Shown: positions 26,319-36,339 of the stretch, one piece after another
Layout of the letters: each line of letters starts with the position of its first letter
Position numbering within the stretch: position 1 is the first letter of the stretch
IMG/VR virus record: IMGVR_UViG_3300016263_001265
Coordinates: 1-64,000 of that record
Strand: one strand, 5' to 3'
DNA length: 64,000 nucleotides
DNA from: a virus
Lineage: Duplodnaviria > Caudoviricetes
Notes under the pieces: generated by a model
What the model saw: only the letters and a program-made list of their open reading frames with translations
What the model was told of the DNA's origin: nothing
The model's database searches: none
Program-made: the position numbers and the translations under genes

Positions 26319-26917
26319 CCAAGAATCTCCGCTCGGCGGCTCTTGAACTTCTTGACAAGCATCTCCCTTGAGACCTCGTCAATTTCAATACCGTCTGCGG
26401 ACGAGTTGTTTACGCGCTGGCCGATGGCGTTCAACTGCTCGATGGTCTTTGCCGCGTCAAACTCTGCGACAAACTTCTCGATGTGCGGGGGAAGGACGAC
26501 ATCGTCAAACACCTCCGCTGCGGCCCTGGCAATGGACTTTGATGCTCCGCCCTTTGCCTTGATCTCGTCATCCGACGCGATGCGCTTTGACGGAAGCCCG
26601 GCCATGACCAGCGCACGGCCGACTGCCGATGTCTCGCAGTTCTCAATCTCAGATCCGCGAGTGTACGGCGTGCTGCCTGGAATCTGCATCGCACTGTGAC
26701 CGATGCCAGCAGGGCGATCGTCCATGAACCCAAGCTCGTCGTTTGCGCCGCTATCGCCCTTGACTCCGCGATATGCACGCGCCTCGATTACAACGCGCTT
26801 TTCTGTGTGCTCGACAATGCGCGTTTCAATGCGCGCATTGGGGTACGCCTCGTACCATGCGCGGATTCTCTCCGCGACATCAACGTAATCCTTCAGAACG
26901 CTCTTATCGAATGCCAT
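26315..26917 (-). CDS. putative single-strand annealing protein (Rad52/Sak-like)
   Basis: YVDVAERI...ENCETSAVGRAL; adjacent to the exonuclease. Confidence 0.65.
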   Translation of the reverse strand: MAFDKSVLKDYVDVAERIRAWYEAYPNARIETRIVEHTEKRVVIEARAYRGVKGDSGANDELGFMDDRPAGIGHSAMQIPGSTPYTRGSEIENCETSAVGRALVMAGLPSKRIASDDEIKAKGGASKSIARAAAEVFDDVVLPPHIEKFVAEFDAAKTIEQLNAIGQRVNNSSADGIEIDEVSREMLVKKFKSRRAEILG

Positions 26918-26918
26918 C

Positions 26919-27185
26919 TCAGCCCTCCTTGCTCATATACTGATCGAGATCCTCGAACAGCTTCTTCTCTTCAATGCCGAGAAACTCTGCAATGCGCTGT
27001 CGCATTGGCTTGCTTATCGGCGCCTGTCCGTACTGTACCTGATTCAGGTAACCATAGGAAACCCCAAGGTGCCGCGCCAGAAACCTTCTTTTGATTCCAG
27101 TCTCTTCTAGGAGTCTCCAAACCTGAGCAGTCTTTTTCCTTTGGATCAAGCGCTGCTCTGCAAAATTAGGACCTGTCTGCTTCAT
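26919..27185 (-). CDS. Xre-type HTH regulator
   Basis: LARHLGVSYGYLNQVQYG...RIAEFLG. Confidence 0.8.
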   Translation of the reverse strand: MKQTGPNFAEQRLIQRKKTAQVWRLLEETGIKRRFLARHLGVSYGYLNQVQYGQAPISKPMRQRIAEFLGIEEKKLFEDLDQYMSKEG

Positions 27186-27189
27186 GAAT

Positions 27190-27432
27190 TCACTCCGCCC
27201 TATTGCTTTCTGTCGCTCCGACCAGCCACTCCTGGAGAGCATAGTTTATGCCCTCGTTGTACGCAACGTGGTCAGAGGGCTCTAGCATCGGCTCCATTGC
27301 CGCGGCGGCGTTCGCCGCCTCAAATCCGATAACCTCTCTAGGCTTGTCCAGAGATTCCGTCTTCTGAAGAATGCTGCTCAACTGCAGCTTGAATCTCCAA
27401 CTCCCCAGTTGCGTCATTTCCAGTTCCGTCAT
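27190..27432 (-). CDS. hypothetical protein
   Basis: ORF track; SD. Confidence 0.55.
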   Translation of the reverse strand: MTELEMTQLGSWRFKLQLSSILQKTESLDKPREVIGFEAANAAAAMEPMLEPSDHVAYNEGINYALQEWLVGATESNRAE

Positions 27433-27814
27433 CTTCCTGTTTCCCCTTTCCGTGGAAAGAGCATTCCTCCAATATGCAAGAGGACTTTGCTGCCCCCGGC
27501 TTGTCGACGGTCTCTTCAAAGCTCATCATCCTGCCACCGCGCTTGCAGTGCTCGTTGGAGCAAAACAAGCCACCTGTGACCAGTTCGTAGAGCTTCCCGC
27601 CACAAGCGTAGCAGGACCGCCACCAGATACCAACTTCGGCCATATACCCTCCTTTCGGATATGACCTTACTTGATTATATCACCCTTTGTCAAGGGCCTA
27701 TCCGGCAGGCAGGCAATGTGAAATTTCTGGTTGCCCTTTTTCACAATAGGGCCAAGGCCCCTGCCGATGATCCCGGCAGACCTTGCCATGCAGACCCTGC
27801 TGTCGCAGAGAATC

Positions 27815-28129
27815 CTAGGAAATCTCTTTGCTTCGATCATACCCAAAACCCTCCAGATACTCGTACAGGGCCTCTCGCCATCTCCTGGACGATTCGGTCT
27901 TAATCCTGTGGTGCCACCCACAAAGTGTTACAAGATTCCACATCTCCGATGGGCCGCGTTTTCCCATCCCCGAATTGAAGACATGGTCTAGCTCCAAGTC
28001 TATTCTTCCGCCCGGGCCAAACTGACTTCCACATTCGTCGTGCATCCCAAGCCTCGGACCAACGCACCCGCGGTCCCTTAGCAAAACGCTTTTCCTTATG
28101 GCTGGAGTAACCGGATCTTTGTGAGCCAT
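27815..28129 (-). CDS. HNH endonuclease
   Basis: LRDRGC...ELDHV...NLVTLCGWHHRIKT. Confidence 0.85.
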   Translation of the reverse strand: MAHKDPVTPAIRKSVLLRDRGCVGPRLGMHDECGSQFGPGGRIDLELDHVFNSGMGKRGPSEMWNLVTLCGWHHRIKTESSRRWREALYEYLEGFGYDRSKEIS

Positions 28130-28261
28130 TATTTTCTTTTTCGCCCATTCTTCTTCTTCTCAAGGTCTCGCTCTTCAAGCATAGACTTGGTGGCTGGAAT
28201 CTCTCCGTTTTTTCTCATCACCTTGCAGGGAATGCAAAAGCATGGCTGCTGGTGATAAAGC

Positions 28262-30442
28262 TCACGACTTGCCATTTCTTTCTTTCGCCTCGACAGATCT
28301 CATTACCTTGTTTGACCATGCCTTCCCCGGGTCTCCGCCCCAGAGTGCCCAGGCGATTCTGCCAGCAGAGGGGAATCCCTTTTGGCCTGGTGCCCATCCC
28401 TCTCCGCGCTTGTCAACCTCGTGCCTGGCAAGGTAAGAGCGCATCTTTCTAACTCTGGCAATCGTCATCTTGTTGCCGATGAGCATTCGTGCGGTCTGCT
28501 GGCCAGGGCCAATTCCTCCGCGGCCAAACTCTCTTCTCCAATCAAGGCCACGACGCGCTTCTGACTTGACCCCAGATGGCACGTTCAGGTTTATTCCGTC
28601 TGCGTTTTGCTTTTCAACATTTGCAATATTTTTTGCATTCGGATAGGAGGCGGCATATGCCTTTGCGATCTCTTTGTCCTCGTCATAGAAGGCTACGATT
28701 TCGTATCCGTTTCTTGCCGCCTTCTGGGCCTCGTATCGCTTGAACTGCAGCGTTGCATCTGAAGGGAACGTGTTTGGAATGACCTCTTCTACCCTGATTC
28801 CGCAATCCTCCATCATGCCCTTGACCGCTTCGTTGTCGATCTTTGACTTCGTGATCGCAATGACGTGAACACCGGCTTCGATGTACATGTCAATTTCATC
28901 TATGACCTCAGAGGGGCAGTTTTCGCTTGCCACGTCGTCTGACTCGATAATGATCGCGGACTTCTTTCCCGATTGCTGTCTTGCATTCATATCTGGATTT
29001 GGCCTTTCTTCAAGCTGGTCTTTTCCTTGTGCACCCGGGCCGCCCCTCTCGTTGCCGCCAGGGCCTGGCTCGCCACCAACAGGCTCTGGGTTGCTCGGGT
29101 CTCCAACCTTGCCCTTGAGGTACAGCTCGTAATACCTCAAAGGCATGTAGCCCAACGGGCTTGGCATCCAGATCTCGTTGCCCAAATCGCCAACGGAATC
29201 CTGTCCGCGCTCCTTGAGCGCGTCATTGAGCCTGAGCCACGGCAGGCCAGCAAGCGCTGCCTTGTAGTAGTCCGCAACCGCCTGTGCCGACTCCCTGCCG
29301 ACATCCGTGTATACAAACCTAAGGTTTTTGTCGTACAACCAGACGATCTCGCGGGTAATGTAATCCGCGATCAGCTCGCATAGCGGTGCGATACCGTTGT
29401 CGGCAGTGAATGCCGCGCCGTACTCGGATGTGCTCTTGTTAACGTCAAAGTTCAAGCCGATGTCTTGCGGCTGCACGCCAAACACGGCACAGATCTTCCT
29501 CGCGAGGTAGATCTGCCATTCCATGAACTGCATGTCGCGGTTTGACTGGGCCATTGGAATCCACTTAACGCCCTTACCACCACCAGTAATGGCCGTCTGG
29601 CTCTTTCCGGCAATTTCGCCTTCCCAATATGACTTGAATGCGTCGACCTGGTCTGGCCTCACGCCCTCGCCCAAATCGATAATTCCAGGAGGCGTTGCCT
29701 GCTCGACAATGTTGTTGTTGTATTTCGCGGCCCTAAGATCCGCCTCAATTGTCTCCGCAAGGACTTCCAGCGGTGAGAGCCCAAGCGGGGAATACGTTAC
29801 CTTGTTGGCAACAATGACAACCATCTCTTCGTTCTTGTATTCGGCAACGACCTTGCCGGTGTCGTCGTATTCGTAGTACCTTGGCTTCTTGATGTTTGAG
29901 CCGTCCCAATTTGGATCAAAAGCAATCCTTGATCCGTCTTTTGGCCAAAGGTTTTTGATCGGGTCCGAAGACTTTCCGGCTCGCGCCCCGACCGTCAGCT
30001 CCTTTTCAATGCATCCCTGATCAAGAACAAGAATGTCTTCGACAATCGGCTCAATGAAAGATCTCCACGAATCCATTCTTGTATTTGGATCTCTTAAGAG
30101 CGTTTTAATCTTCTCTACAGCAACTGCGTTTGGCGTATTTTCTCCGTCAACCGTGACAATGTCCCACCTGGCCCTGCTGATCTGCTGTCTTCTAAGATTG
30201 ATGGCGGCACGAATCCAGGGGTTGTTTCGCGACCACTTTCGCAGCATGTTGACAGATCGTTTCTGCACTGCGCTTTGACCGGCACCTCGCGCGTACGGCT
30301 GCGCGTCATAATTAGGAATAAGAATTGCGTCTTTTATGGCCTCAACATCTGCTGCGGCTTGCGTTTCTGTTTGGGTGCGCTTAATGCGCTCCCACGGCAT
30401 CATTACCACGTAATCTGCTCCTTCGGCTTTCTTGTTCGCCAA
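28262..30442 (-). CDS. portal protein with C-terminal HAD-like and head-associated domains
   Basis: GLSPLE, PPGII, NRDMQFME...ICAVFGVQP, NDAL.ERG portal motifs, then about 250 extra aa. Confidence 0.88.
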   Translation of the reverse strand: MANKKAEGADYVVMMPWERIKRTQTETQAAADVEAIKDAILIPNYDAQPYARGAGQSAVQKRSVNMLRKWSRNNPWIRAAINLRRQQISRARWDIVTVDGENTPNAVAVEKIKTLLRDPNTRMDSWRSFIEPIVEDILVLDQGCIEKELTVGARAGKSSDPIKNLWPKDGSRIAFDPNWDGSNIKKPRYYEYDDTGKVVAEYKNEEMVVIVANKVTYSPLGLSPLEVLAETIEADLRAAKYNNNIVEQATPPGIIDLGEGVRPDQVDAFKSYWEGEIAGKSQTAITGGGKGVKWIPMAQSNRDMQFMEWQIYLARKICAVFGVQPQDIGLNFDVNKSTSEYGAAFTADNGIAPLCELIADYITREIVWLYDKNLRFVYTDVGRESAQAVADYYKAALAGLPWLRLNDALKERGQDSVGDLGNEIWMPSPLGYMPLRYYELYLKGKVGDPSNPEPVGGEPGPGGNERGGPGAQGKDQLEERPNPDMNARQQSGKKSAIIIESDDVASENCPSEVIDEIDMYIEAGVHVIAITKSKIDNEAVKGMMEDCGIRVEEVIPNTFPSDATLQFKRYEAQKAARNGYEIVAFYDEDKEIAKAYAASYPNAKNIANVEKQNADGINLNVPSGVKSEARRGLDWRREFGRGGIGPGQQTARMLIGNKMTIARVRKMRSYLARHEVDKRGEGWAPGQKGFPSAGRIAWALWGGDPGKAWSNKVMRSVEAKERNGKS

Positions 30443-30642
30443 GATCTAATTGCACTAGTAATTGCTGTCTGATCAAGGTCTTTGTTTACAATCTGTCTAG
30501 CCTCTGTGTAATTGAATGGTATCATACGAACCCCGTCTACCATTCCTATTCCGCGAAAAGATGGGAGCCTAGACCACCACTTTGGCACGACGTATCTCCC
30601 GTCTTCAAATTGCATTTCTACGCTTTCGCTGATATCAAGCAT
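30403..30642 (-). CDS. hypothetical protein
   Basis: ORF track. Confidence 0.55.
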   Translation of the reverse strand: MLDISESVEMQFEDGRYVVPKWWSRLPSFRGIGMVDGVRMIPFNYTEARQIVNKDLDQTAITSAIRSWRTRKPKEQITW

Positions 30643-31174
30643 TTTCCTCTTCGTCCTCGGACATCATTTCCGACAGTGCATCTGGAGATATGTCGAGCCT
30701 CGCAATATCTTCCGGATCAAGGGGGTTTTCTTCCCTGAACTTTTTCCAAAAACCATCATAAACCTTATCATCCTCATCTGCCACCCTGACCAATTCTTCT
30801 TCAACATGCCTTTGATACTTGATCTGCTGGGGCACGCTTCTCTTGAGCCTTGCGAGAAGCTTGTGGCAGTCGGCACACACTGCGTACCGCTTTTGGCCCT
30901 TTGCCCTGGGGACCATTGGCTCCGGTATCAGGTCAATCTCCATGTGGTCAGAGCCGACCATGATCGTGCACAGCGCGCACCTTGGGTGGGCCCTATGTAT
31001 CTCCTCATACCTTTTCATGATCGGGGTGAGGGTTTTCTGTATCTTCCTCATGGCAAGGACGACCTCAATGAGGCCGCTTTCGGCCTCGTTTAGCTCCTTG
31101 CACAGGCGGCACTTGACTGCCGTTTTTTCACACATGCTGACAGTATACACATATCCATGCATCTTGTCTAACAT
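30635..31174 (-). CDS. Zn-binding hypothetical protein
   Basis: CRLC, CALC and CADC motifs. Confidence 0.6.
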   Translation of the reverse strand: MLDKMHGYVYTVSMCEKTAVKCRLCKELNEAESGLIEVVLAMRKIQKTLTPIMKRYEEIHRAHPRCALCTIMVGSDHMEIDLIPEPMVPRAKGQKRYAVCADCHKLLARLKRSVPQQIKYQRHVEEELVRVADEDDKVYDGFWKKFREENPLDPEDIARLDISPDALSEMMSEDEEENA

Positions 31175-31334
31175 TTGGTGTATTATTATGCGTAGGAATC
31201 AATAGCCTTGAAATTTGAAGCTATTAGGGGGATTATTCAGTGGTGCTTATACGGGACTATCTACTGACACAGTCGTCTACCAGCCTGCCTGGTAGGCCTG
31301 TCCAAATAGCAACCAATCACGGTAGCCGGGGGAT

Positions 31335-33395
31335 ATGATTTTGGACTTCAAGATTTACACCAACGCCCTTAAGGCATACGAGTCAGAAGAGGGTGAAAAG
31401 TTCGTTTCGGGAACCACATCATCAACCATTAGGGATCTCCATGGAGACGAGATGTCTCTTGATGCCCTTAAGAGCATGGCGGACACCGCAAGACAGAACA
31501 TGACGGTGTTTCTAAATCACAACTACAATGTTCCAGAGGATCTTTTTGGCTCAGCTACAAGCGCAGATATTGTTAAGCGATACGACCAAGAAAGTGGCCA
31601 GGAAGTATATGACCTCGATCTCAACATCCGCGTTGTTGGCGAGGATGAAAACCCAGAGGCAATGCGAGCGTATCGCGCAATAAAGAGAGGCGTAAAGCTT
31701 GGATTGTCCATTGGCGCAAGAGTTGAGAAGGCAAAGAGAAAGGCCGCAGAAGATGGCAAACCTGAATCAATCTTGATTGAGAAAGTGAGGCTTCTCGAAG
31801 CCAGCGTTGTTGGCATTCCAGCCAATCAGAGATCCTATCTGCAAAATGCCGTCAAGAGCCTGAAGTCTGCAACGGAAATTGACAGCGATGTCTTCGTTGA
31901 CGAGCCGTCAGACGAGAAGGCCGCGAAGTACAGTGTTGGCGACATGGTTCGCTGGGGGTCAAGCGGCGGCGATGCCACCGGCAAGATCACAAAGATAGTT
32001 TCAAACGGCAAACTTGATGTGCCAGGCTCTTCATTTACAATAAACGGAACACCAGATGACCCGGCCGTCTTGATCCGCGTCTACAGAGACGGAAAGCCAA
32101 CAGAAACTCTTGTTGGCCACAAGATGTCAACTCTTAGAAGCGCCAAGGACGCTGTTGAGGTAATCGACTCGGTAAAGGCTGTTGAGGTTGAGGGTGAAAC
32201 TTCCCCCGAGAAGGCGCCGCTTGTCGGTGCGCTTTACAACCTTCTTGCCGAGGCCACTGCATTCTATCTTAAGGCTCACGGCGCCCATTGGAATGTTATT
32301 GGCGATGACTTCGCCACCTATCATGATCTTTTTGGTGAAATCTATGAGGATGTGCACGGGTCTCTTGATCCGATTGCAGAAAGCCTCAGAAAGCTCAACT
32401 CTCCGGCGCCCGCTGAGTTGAAGGATCTTGCCAGAATGACAGTTTCCAGCGAAATTGCCGAGGATTATGAGGCCGAGAGCCTTGCCGCGGCACTTTATGC
32501 TGCAAACGAGTCCCTTATTGAGGTGATTATGGTTGCCTTCAAGGCTGCCACCGATCAAAACCAGCAAGGGATTGCAAACTTCCTGGCAGAGCGTCAGGAC
32601 ATGCACCAGAAGTGGTCATGGCAGCTTCGCTCCTCGCTTGCCGAGGAATCCGAAGAGGAAACCGACGGAGTGTCGGGTGAACAGTCCGATGAAAATAGCG
32701 ACGAGCAGGAGAAAAATATGGACAACGATTTGGAGAAGAAGACTCGCGTCACCGTCACGGTAAGCACCGACGGCGACGAGAAGCAGCCAGCGGCAGTCGC
32801 CGCGCAGCCAGAAGCAGCTGACCAGGATGTCACAGAGGACAAAGAAGAGGTCAAGGCTTCTGCTGAGCCGGGTGACGGCGAGGCGGCAGAAACTGTTGAA
32901 GAGGAAGTCGCGGCAGAGGAGACCGAGAAGGATCCATCTGTCGAGGCCCTTGAGGCGCTTGGCGCCACGCTTGTCGAAGCCGAGAAGTCGGCCGACGGCG
33001 AAAATGAATCGTCCGCACAGCCAGAAGTGGCCGAGGCGGAAGTTGTTGCCGGGGCGGCCGAAGAGGTCGTTGCGGCGGCGGAGAATGTCGAGGCTGACGA
33101 GGCCCCGTCGATAGACGAGGTTAAGTCAATCGCAAAGTCCGCTCTCGATGCAGCCAATGCTGCCCACGAGGAGGTCGCTGCCCTTTCGGCAAAGGTGACC
33201 GAACTTGCTGAGGCCAAGGCCAAGGTCGAAGAGGATCTTTCGAAGGCGCTGGACCTTATTGAGCGCATTAGCGCACTTGGGGTTGGCCGAAAGTCTTATG
33301 ACCGTCCGCAGGAAGTTCGTGTGAAGTCACCGGAGCTTGCTCCGTGGCTGAGCCCATATGTACAGCGCGTTCTTGAAGCGCGCGATGAGGAGTAA
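31335..33395 (+). CDS. HK97-type prohead protease fused to Tudor-like, Dps/ferritin and acidic scaffold domains
   Basis: D.HGD...FLNH...GLSIG...LLEASVVGIPAN; VGDMVRW; HWNV.G..F...H..F.E.Y...D.IAE; acidic tail. Confidence 0.88.
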   Translation: MILDFKIYTNALKAYESEEGEKFVSGTTSSTIRDLHGDEMSLDALKSMADTARQNMTVFLNHNYNVPEDLFGSATSADIVKRYDQESGQEVYDLDLNIRVVGEDENPEAMRAYRAIKRGVKLGLSIGARVEKAKRKAAEDGKPESILIEKVRLLEASVVGIPANQRSYLQNAVKSLKSATEIDSDVFVDEPSDEKAAKYSVGDMVRWGSSGGDATGKITKIVSNGKLDVPGSSFTINGTPDDPAVLIRVYRDGKPTETLVGHKMSTLRSAKDAVEVIDSVKAVEVEGETSPEKAPLVGALYNLLAEATAFYLKAHGAHWNVIGDDFATYHDLFGEIYEDVHGSLDPIAESLRKLNSPAPAELKDLARMTVSSEIAEDYEAESLAAALYAANESLIEVIMVAFKAATDQNQQGIANFLAERQDMHQKWSWQLRSSLAEESEEETDGVSGEQSDENSDEQEKNMDNDLEKKTRVTVTVSTDGDEKQPAAVAAQPEAADQDVTEDKEEVKASAEPGDGEAAETVEEEVAAEETEKDPSVEALEALGATLVEAEKSADGENESSAQPEVAEAEVVAGAAEEVVAAAENVEADEAPSIDEVKSIAKSALDAANAAHEEVAALSAKVTELAEAKAKVEEDLSKALDLIERISALGVGRKSYDRPQEVRVKSPELAPWLSPYVQRVLEARDEE

Positions 33396-33398
33396 AAA

Positions 33399-34634
33399 AT
33401 GTCTGAAGTAAGAGAGAAGCTTCAGGACGTTGCTAAGGGACTTGATTCCCTTAATGACGCCCCGATTGGCAGAGAAATCGATACGGAGAAGAAGTCATCG
33501 TTCGATCCCGCCGAGGCCTTCGCCGTTCAGCGCGAGCTTCGCAAGAAGTTCTCAAAGCTGTCGACGATCGAGCTCAACGAGATGCTCGATGTTCAGGCCT
33601 CGACCCAGGCTGGCAAGCAGGCTGACTCAGCCGTGCTCAATCAGCTTGCGATGTCGAACCCACAGATTGCAAAGGCCCTTGATAGCTCGGCCGGTACGGC
33701 GCTTATCCGCCAGGACCTCGAGCCAATCCTTTACAGCCTGTTTGTAAAGAAGTTCCCGTTCTTTGAGCGCATCCGCAAGGAGCCTGCAAACGGCCTCGTG
33801 CATGCGTTCAACCAGCAGACCGCCTACGGCGACGCAGTCTTCCAGACGGAGACCGGCACCGTGACGGACGATACCGCGACCTACAGCCGCCAGACGACCA
33901 ATGTGGCCGTTCTTGCGACCCGCCGTGGTATCACGCTCAAGAATCAGTTTGCGCTTGGCCAGGGCGGCTCGCCGTTCAATGGCCTTTCGCAGGAGCTTGG
34001 CAGCGGCGTGACCGCCATTGCGCACAAGCTTCAGAAGACCCTGTTCCAGGGCAACGCAACCGTCACGGCGAGCGCCGGATCCAACACCGAGCTTGGTGCT
34101 TATGACGCCAACTCGTTTGATGGTCTCCGCAAGCTCCTCGGGACGGCCGCCTCGGCTGGCAACGAGATCGTTGGCAAGGGTACGGCTTCGTACCTCTCGA
34201 CGATCAACACGGCCGTCGCTGGTGTTCTGGACAACGGTGGCGCTCCGTCGGCCATCGTCTGCACCCCAACCGACTACGCTGGCCTTGTAAACGAGCTTAC
34301 AAACCTCGTCCGCTACAATGCCCCGTCGCAGGTTGACCAGGCTGCAGGCGCAACCTTCGGTTCGGTTGTAACGGCTGCGGGTTCACTCCCGATTCTTGCC
34401 GTTCCAGGCGATGCCATTGGTCAGTACGCAATCTCCAGCACGGACTACCGCGATCTTTACATCGTGGACGAATCCGGATGGTCGATGCCATACCTCGGAT
34501 CTGACTCGATCACGACGCTCGAGATTCCGATTGGTGTCAACGGTGCCCTTACGCGCCTCTACATCATGTATGTGATGTTCGGGTTTGCCAACAAGGCCCC
34601 GCAGTTCCAGGCGAAGGTTCGCGTCACGGTCTAA
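33399..34634 (+). CDS. major capsid protein
   Basis: Follows the protease, 411 aa, followed by a hairpin terminator. Confidence 0.85.
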   Translation: MSEVREKLQDVAKGLDSLNDAPIGREIDTEKKSSFDPAEAFAVQRELRKKFSKLSTIELNEMLDVQASTQAGKQADSAVLNQLAMSNPQIAKALDSSAGTALIRQDLEPILYSLFVKKFPFFERIRKEPANGLVHAFNQQTAYGDAVFQTETGTVTDDTATYSRQTTNVAVLATRRGITLKNQFALGQGGSPFNGLSQELGSGVTAIAHKLQKTLFQGNATVTASAGSNTELGAYDANSFDGLRKLLGTAASAGNEIVGKGTASYLSTINTAVAGVLDNGGAPSAIVCTPTDYAGLVNELTNLVRYNAPSQVDQAAGATFGSVVTAAGSLPILAVPGDAIGQYAISSTDYRDLYIVDESGWSMPYLGSDSITTLEIPIGVNGALTRLYIMYVMFGFANKAPQFQAKVRVTV

Positions 34635-34647
34635 TCTAGTTTGCTGA

Positions 34648-34675
34648 ATGGGCCCCAGGGAGACCTGGGGCCCAT
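34648..34675 (+). terminator. hairpin after the capsid gene
   Basis: atgggccccagg-gaga-cctggggcccat. Confidence 0.65.
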
Positions 34676-34695
34676 AAGGCAAGAGGGAGCATAAA

Positions 34696-35013
34696 ATGTT
34701 TGACGATAAGAAGGAAGCTCCTGCAGTAGATTCCTCGGCAGTTGCCAAGAAGGCCGTAAACGCGGCCAAGGCGGCGGTTGCCGACGACCAGATTGTCAAG
34801 GTTCGCACCCACGATGGTCTTTCTTCAATTGTTTTCGGTGACGGGACAATGGCAAGATTCCATCTTGGAGTTGCCAACATCAAGGCAAAGTATCTCGTTC
34901 AGGCGGTTGCCCAGGGCTGCACAGTTGAATCTGACGCACCGGCGGCAAAGCCAGAAGCGCTCAGCGCGGCACAAAAGGCCGAGCTGGAAAAGGTCTTTGG
35001 GAAGTCTGAGTAA
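34696..35013 (+). CDS. virion-associated hypothetical protein
   Basis: Position after the capsid gene; SD. Confidence 0.7.
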   Translation: MFDDKKEAPAVDSSAVAKKAVNAAKAAVADDQIVKVRTHDGLSSIVFGDGTMARFHLGVANIKAKYLVQAVAQGCTVESDAPAAKPEALSAAQKAELEKVFGKSE

Positions 35014-35092
35014 TCAATTTCAGTAGCTTGTGATGGGGCTCGCAGGACCTATTTTAGGTGATTTGCGGGCCCCATTGCTTTAGGATGTGAGC

Positions 35093-36007
35093 ATGACAAG
35101 AATTACAATCAACATCACGGATCCGACATCTGCGGCTGCGACTTACACGCACATACAGGTTGGCAGGGCGTCGAGCGAGGATGACGCCAATTCTCAGTCT
35201 GGAAGCTTTGTAAATCTTGGGTCTGTTGCGACCCTGAACCAGTATGTTGGCGTATACCAGCACATAGACTCTGGATCTCCGGTCGGATACTGGTACGTGT
35301 ACAGGCTCTGGTCATCTAGCTCTGCTGGCTCATGGTCTTCCGCATTTCAGGGCAAAGAGCTTGGGTATATTACCGTGTCGGAGCTAAGAGACTACGAGAT
35401 CGGCGCGCTTTCAATGCCTGACGGGACCGAGTCAACCGACAACAGGCTTGAAAGACTCATATCCGTTGCATCTTCAATGGTTGACAGTTACTGCGGTTTC
35501 TCCTTCCAGTATATGGAGTCAACAGAGCAGCACAGCTGGGATCAAAACACAAGAAGGGTATATCCCTACAATAGTCCGATCATCTCAGTAGAATCCCTTG
35601 AGGTTTTTGTCAGCAACCAGCAAAAGGCCACCTTCAGCACAAATGACCTTTTTGTAAACACATCCCAGAACTACGTTGAAGTCACCAGCCTTGCCAACGT
35701 CACGTATTCTCTTTTCCCGGCAATAGTCGCACTTGGGCTCATCCAGCCGGTTGCAAAATTGACGTATAGACACGGGTTCAAGGTAACTCCACACGAAATA
35801 AAAGACGCAACCGCCCTCATCGCCATAGACCTTGCGGCAAGAGACTCGCTGTACCAAAGTGGCATGGGCCTGCTGACCAAGCTGACGGTAGGGGATACAA
35901 CGATGGAGCGCCTGCCGCAGGTTGCTGCCGGTAGGTACTCTGCCCTATCCGTTCCGCCAACCGCGGCCGCAATCCTTGATCAATACATCTCGGTGTCCCT
36001 GAGATGA
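35093..36007 (+). CDS. head-tail adaptor with N-terminal beta-rich extension
   Basis: YITVSEL...LISVASSMVDSYCG...P..IKDAT pattern. Confidence 0.75.
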   Translation: MTRITINITDPTSAAATYTHIQVGRASSEDDANSQSGSFVNLGSVATLNQYVGVYQHIDSGSPVGYWYVYRLWSSSSAGSWSSAFQGKELGYITVSELRDYEIGALSMPDGTESTDNRLERLISVASSMVDSYCGFSFQYMESTEQHSWDQNTRRVYPYNSPIISVESLEVFVSNQQKATFSTNDLFVNTSQNYVEVTSLANVTYSLFPAIVALGLIQPVAKLTYRHGFKVTPHEIKDATALIAIDLAARDSLYQSGMGLLTKLTVGDTTMERLPQVAAGRYSALSVPPTAAAILDQYISVSLR

Positions 36008-36339
36008 TTCCTGGAGCTATGGCAAAGGTCACCCTTAAAAGAAAGGGCCTGTCAAGCCAGGCGGCAGACGGAACGCCCATCACAACAGAAGAGATCATTT
36101 GGATCAAGAATTGTCACTATCAATCCCTGAGGGAAGACGGAAGCAGGGAGCGAGCAACGCCAACCGGACCGGCATCAAAGCAACTGTATCGATTTTGGAC
36201 CCCGTACCTCACCGGAAGAGAGAGGCCAAAGGTAGACGACAGGATGGAAACGGAAGGCCTCGAATTCCGCGTCATTGCGCTGGACTTCGAGGCCATCCGA
36301 CACCATCTTCTTATCAGAGCGGAACGAATCGAGCGTTAG
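36004..36339 (+). CDS. head closure protein
   Basis: Size, position, beta-rich sequence. Confidence 0.65.
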   Translation: MIPGAMAKVTLKRKGLSSQAADGTPITTEEIIWIKNCHYQSLREDGSRERATPTGPASKQLYRFWTPYLTGRERPKVDDRMETEGLEFRVIALDFEAIRHHLLIRAERIER

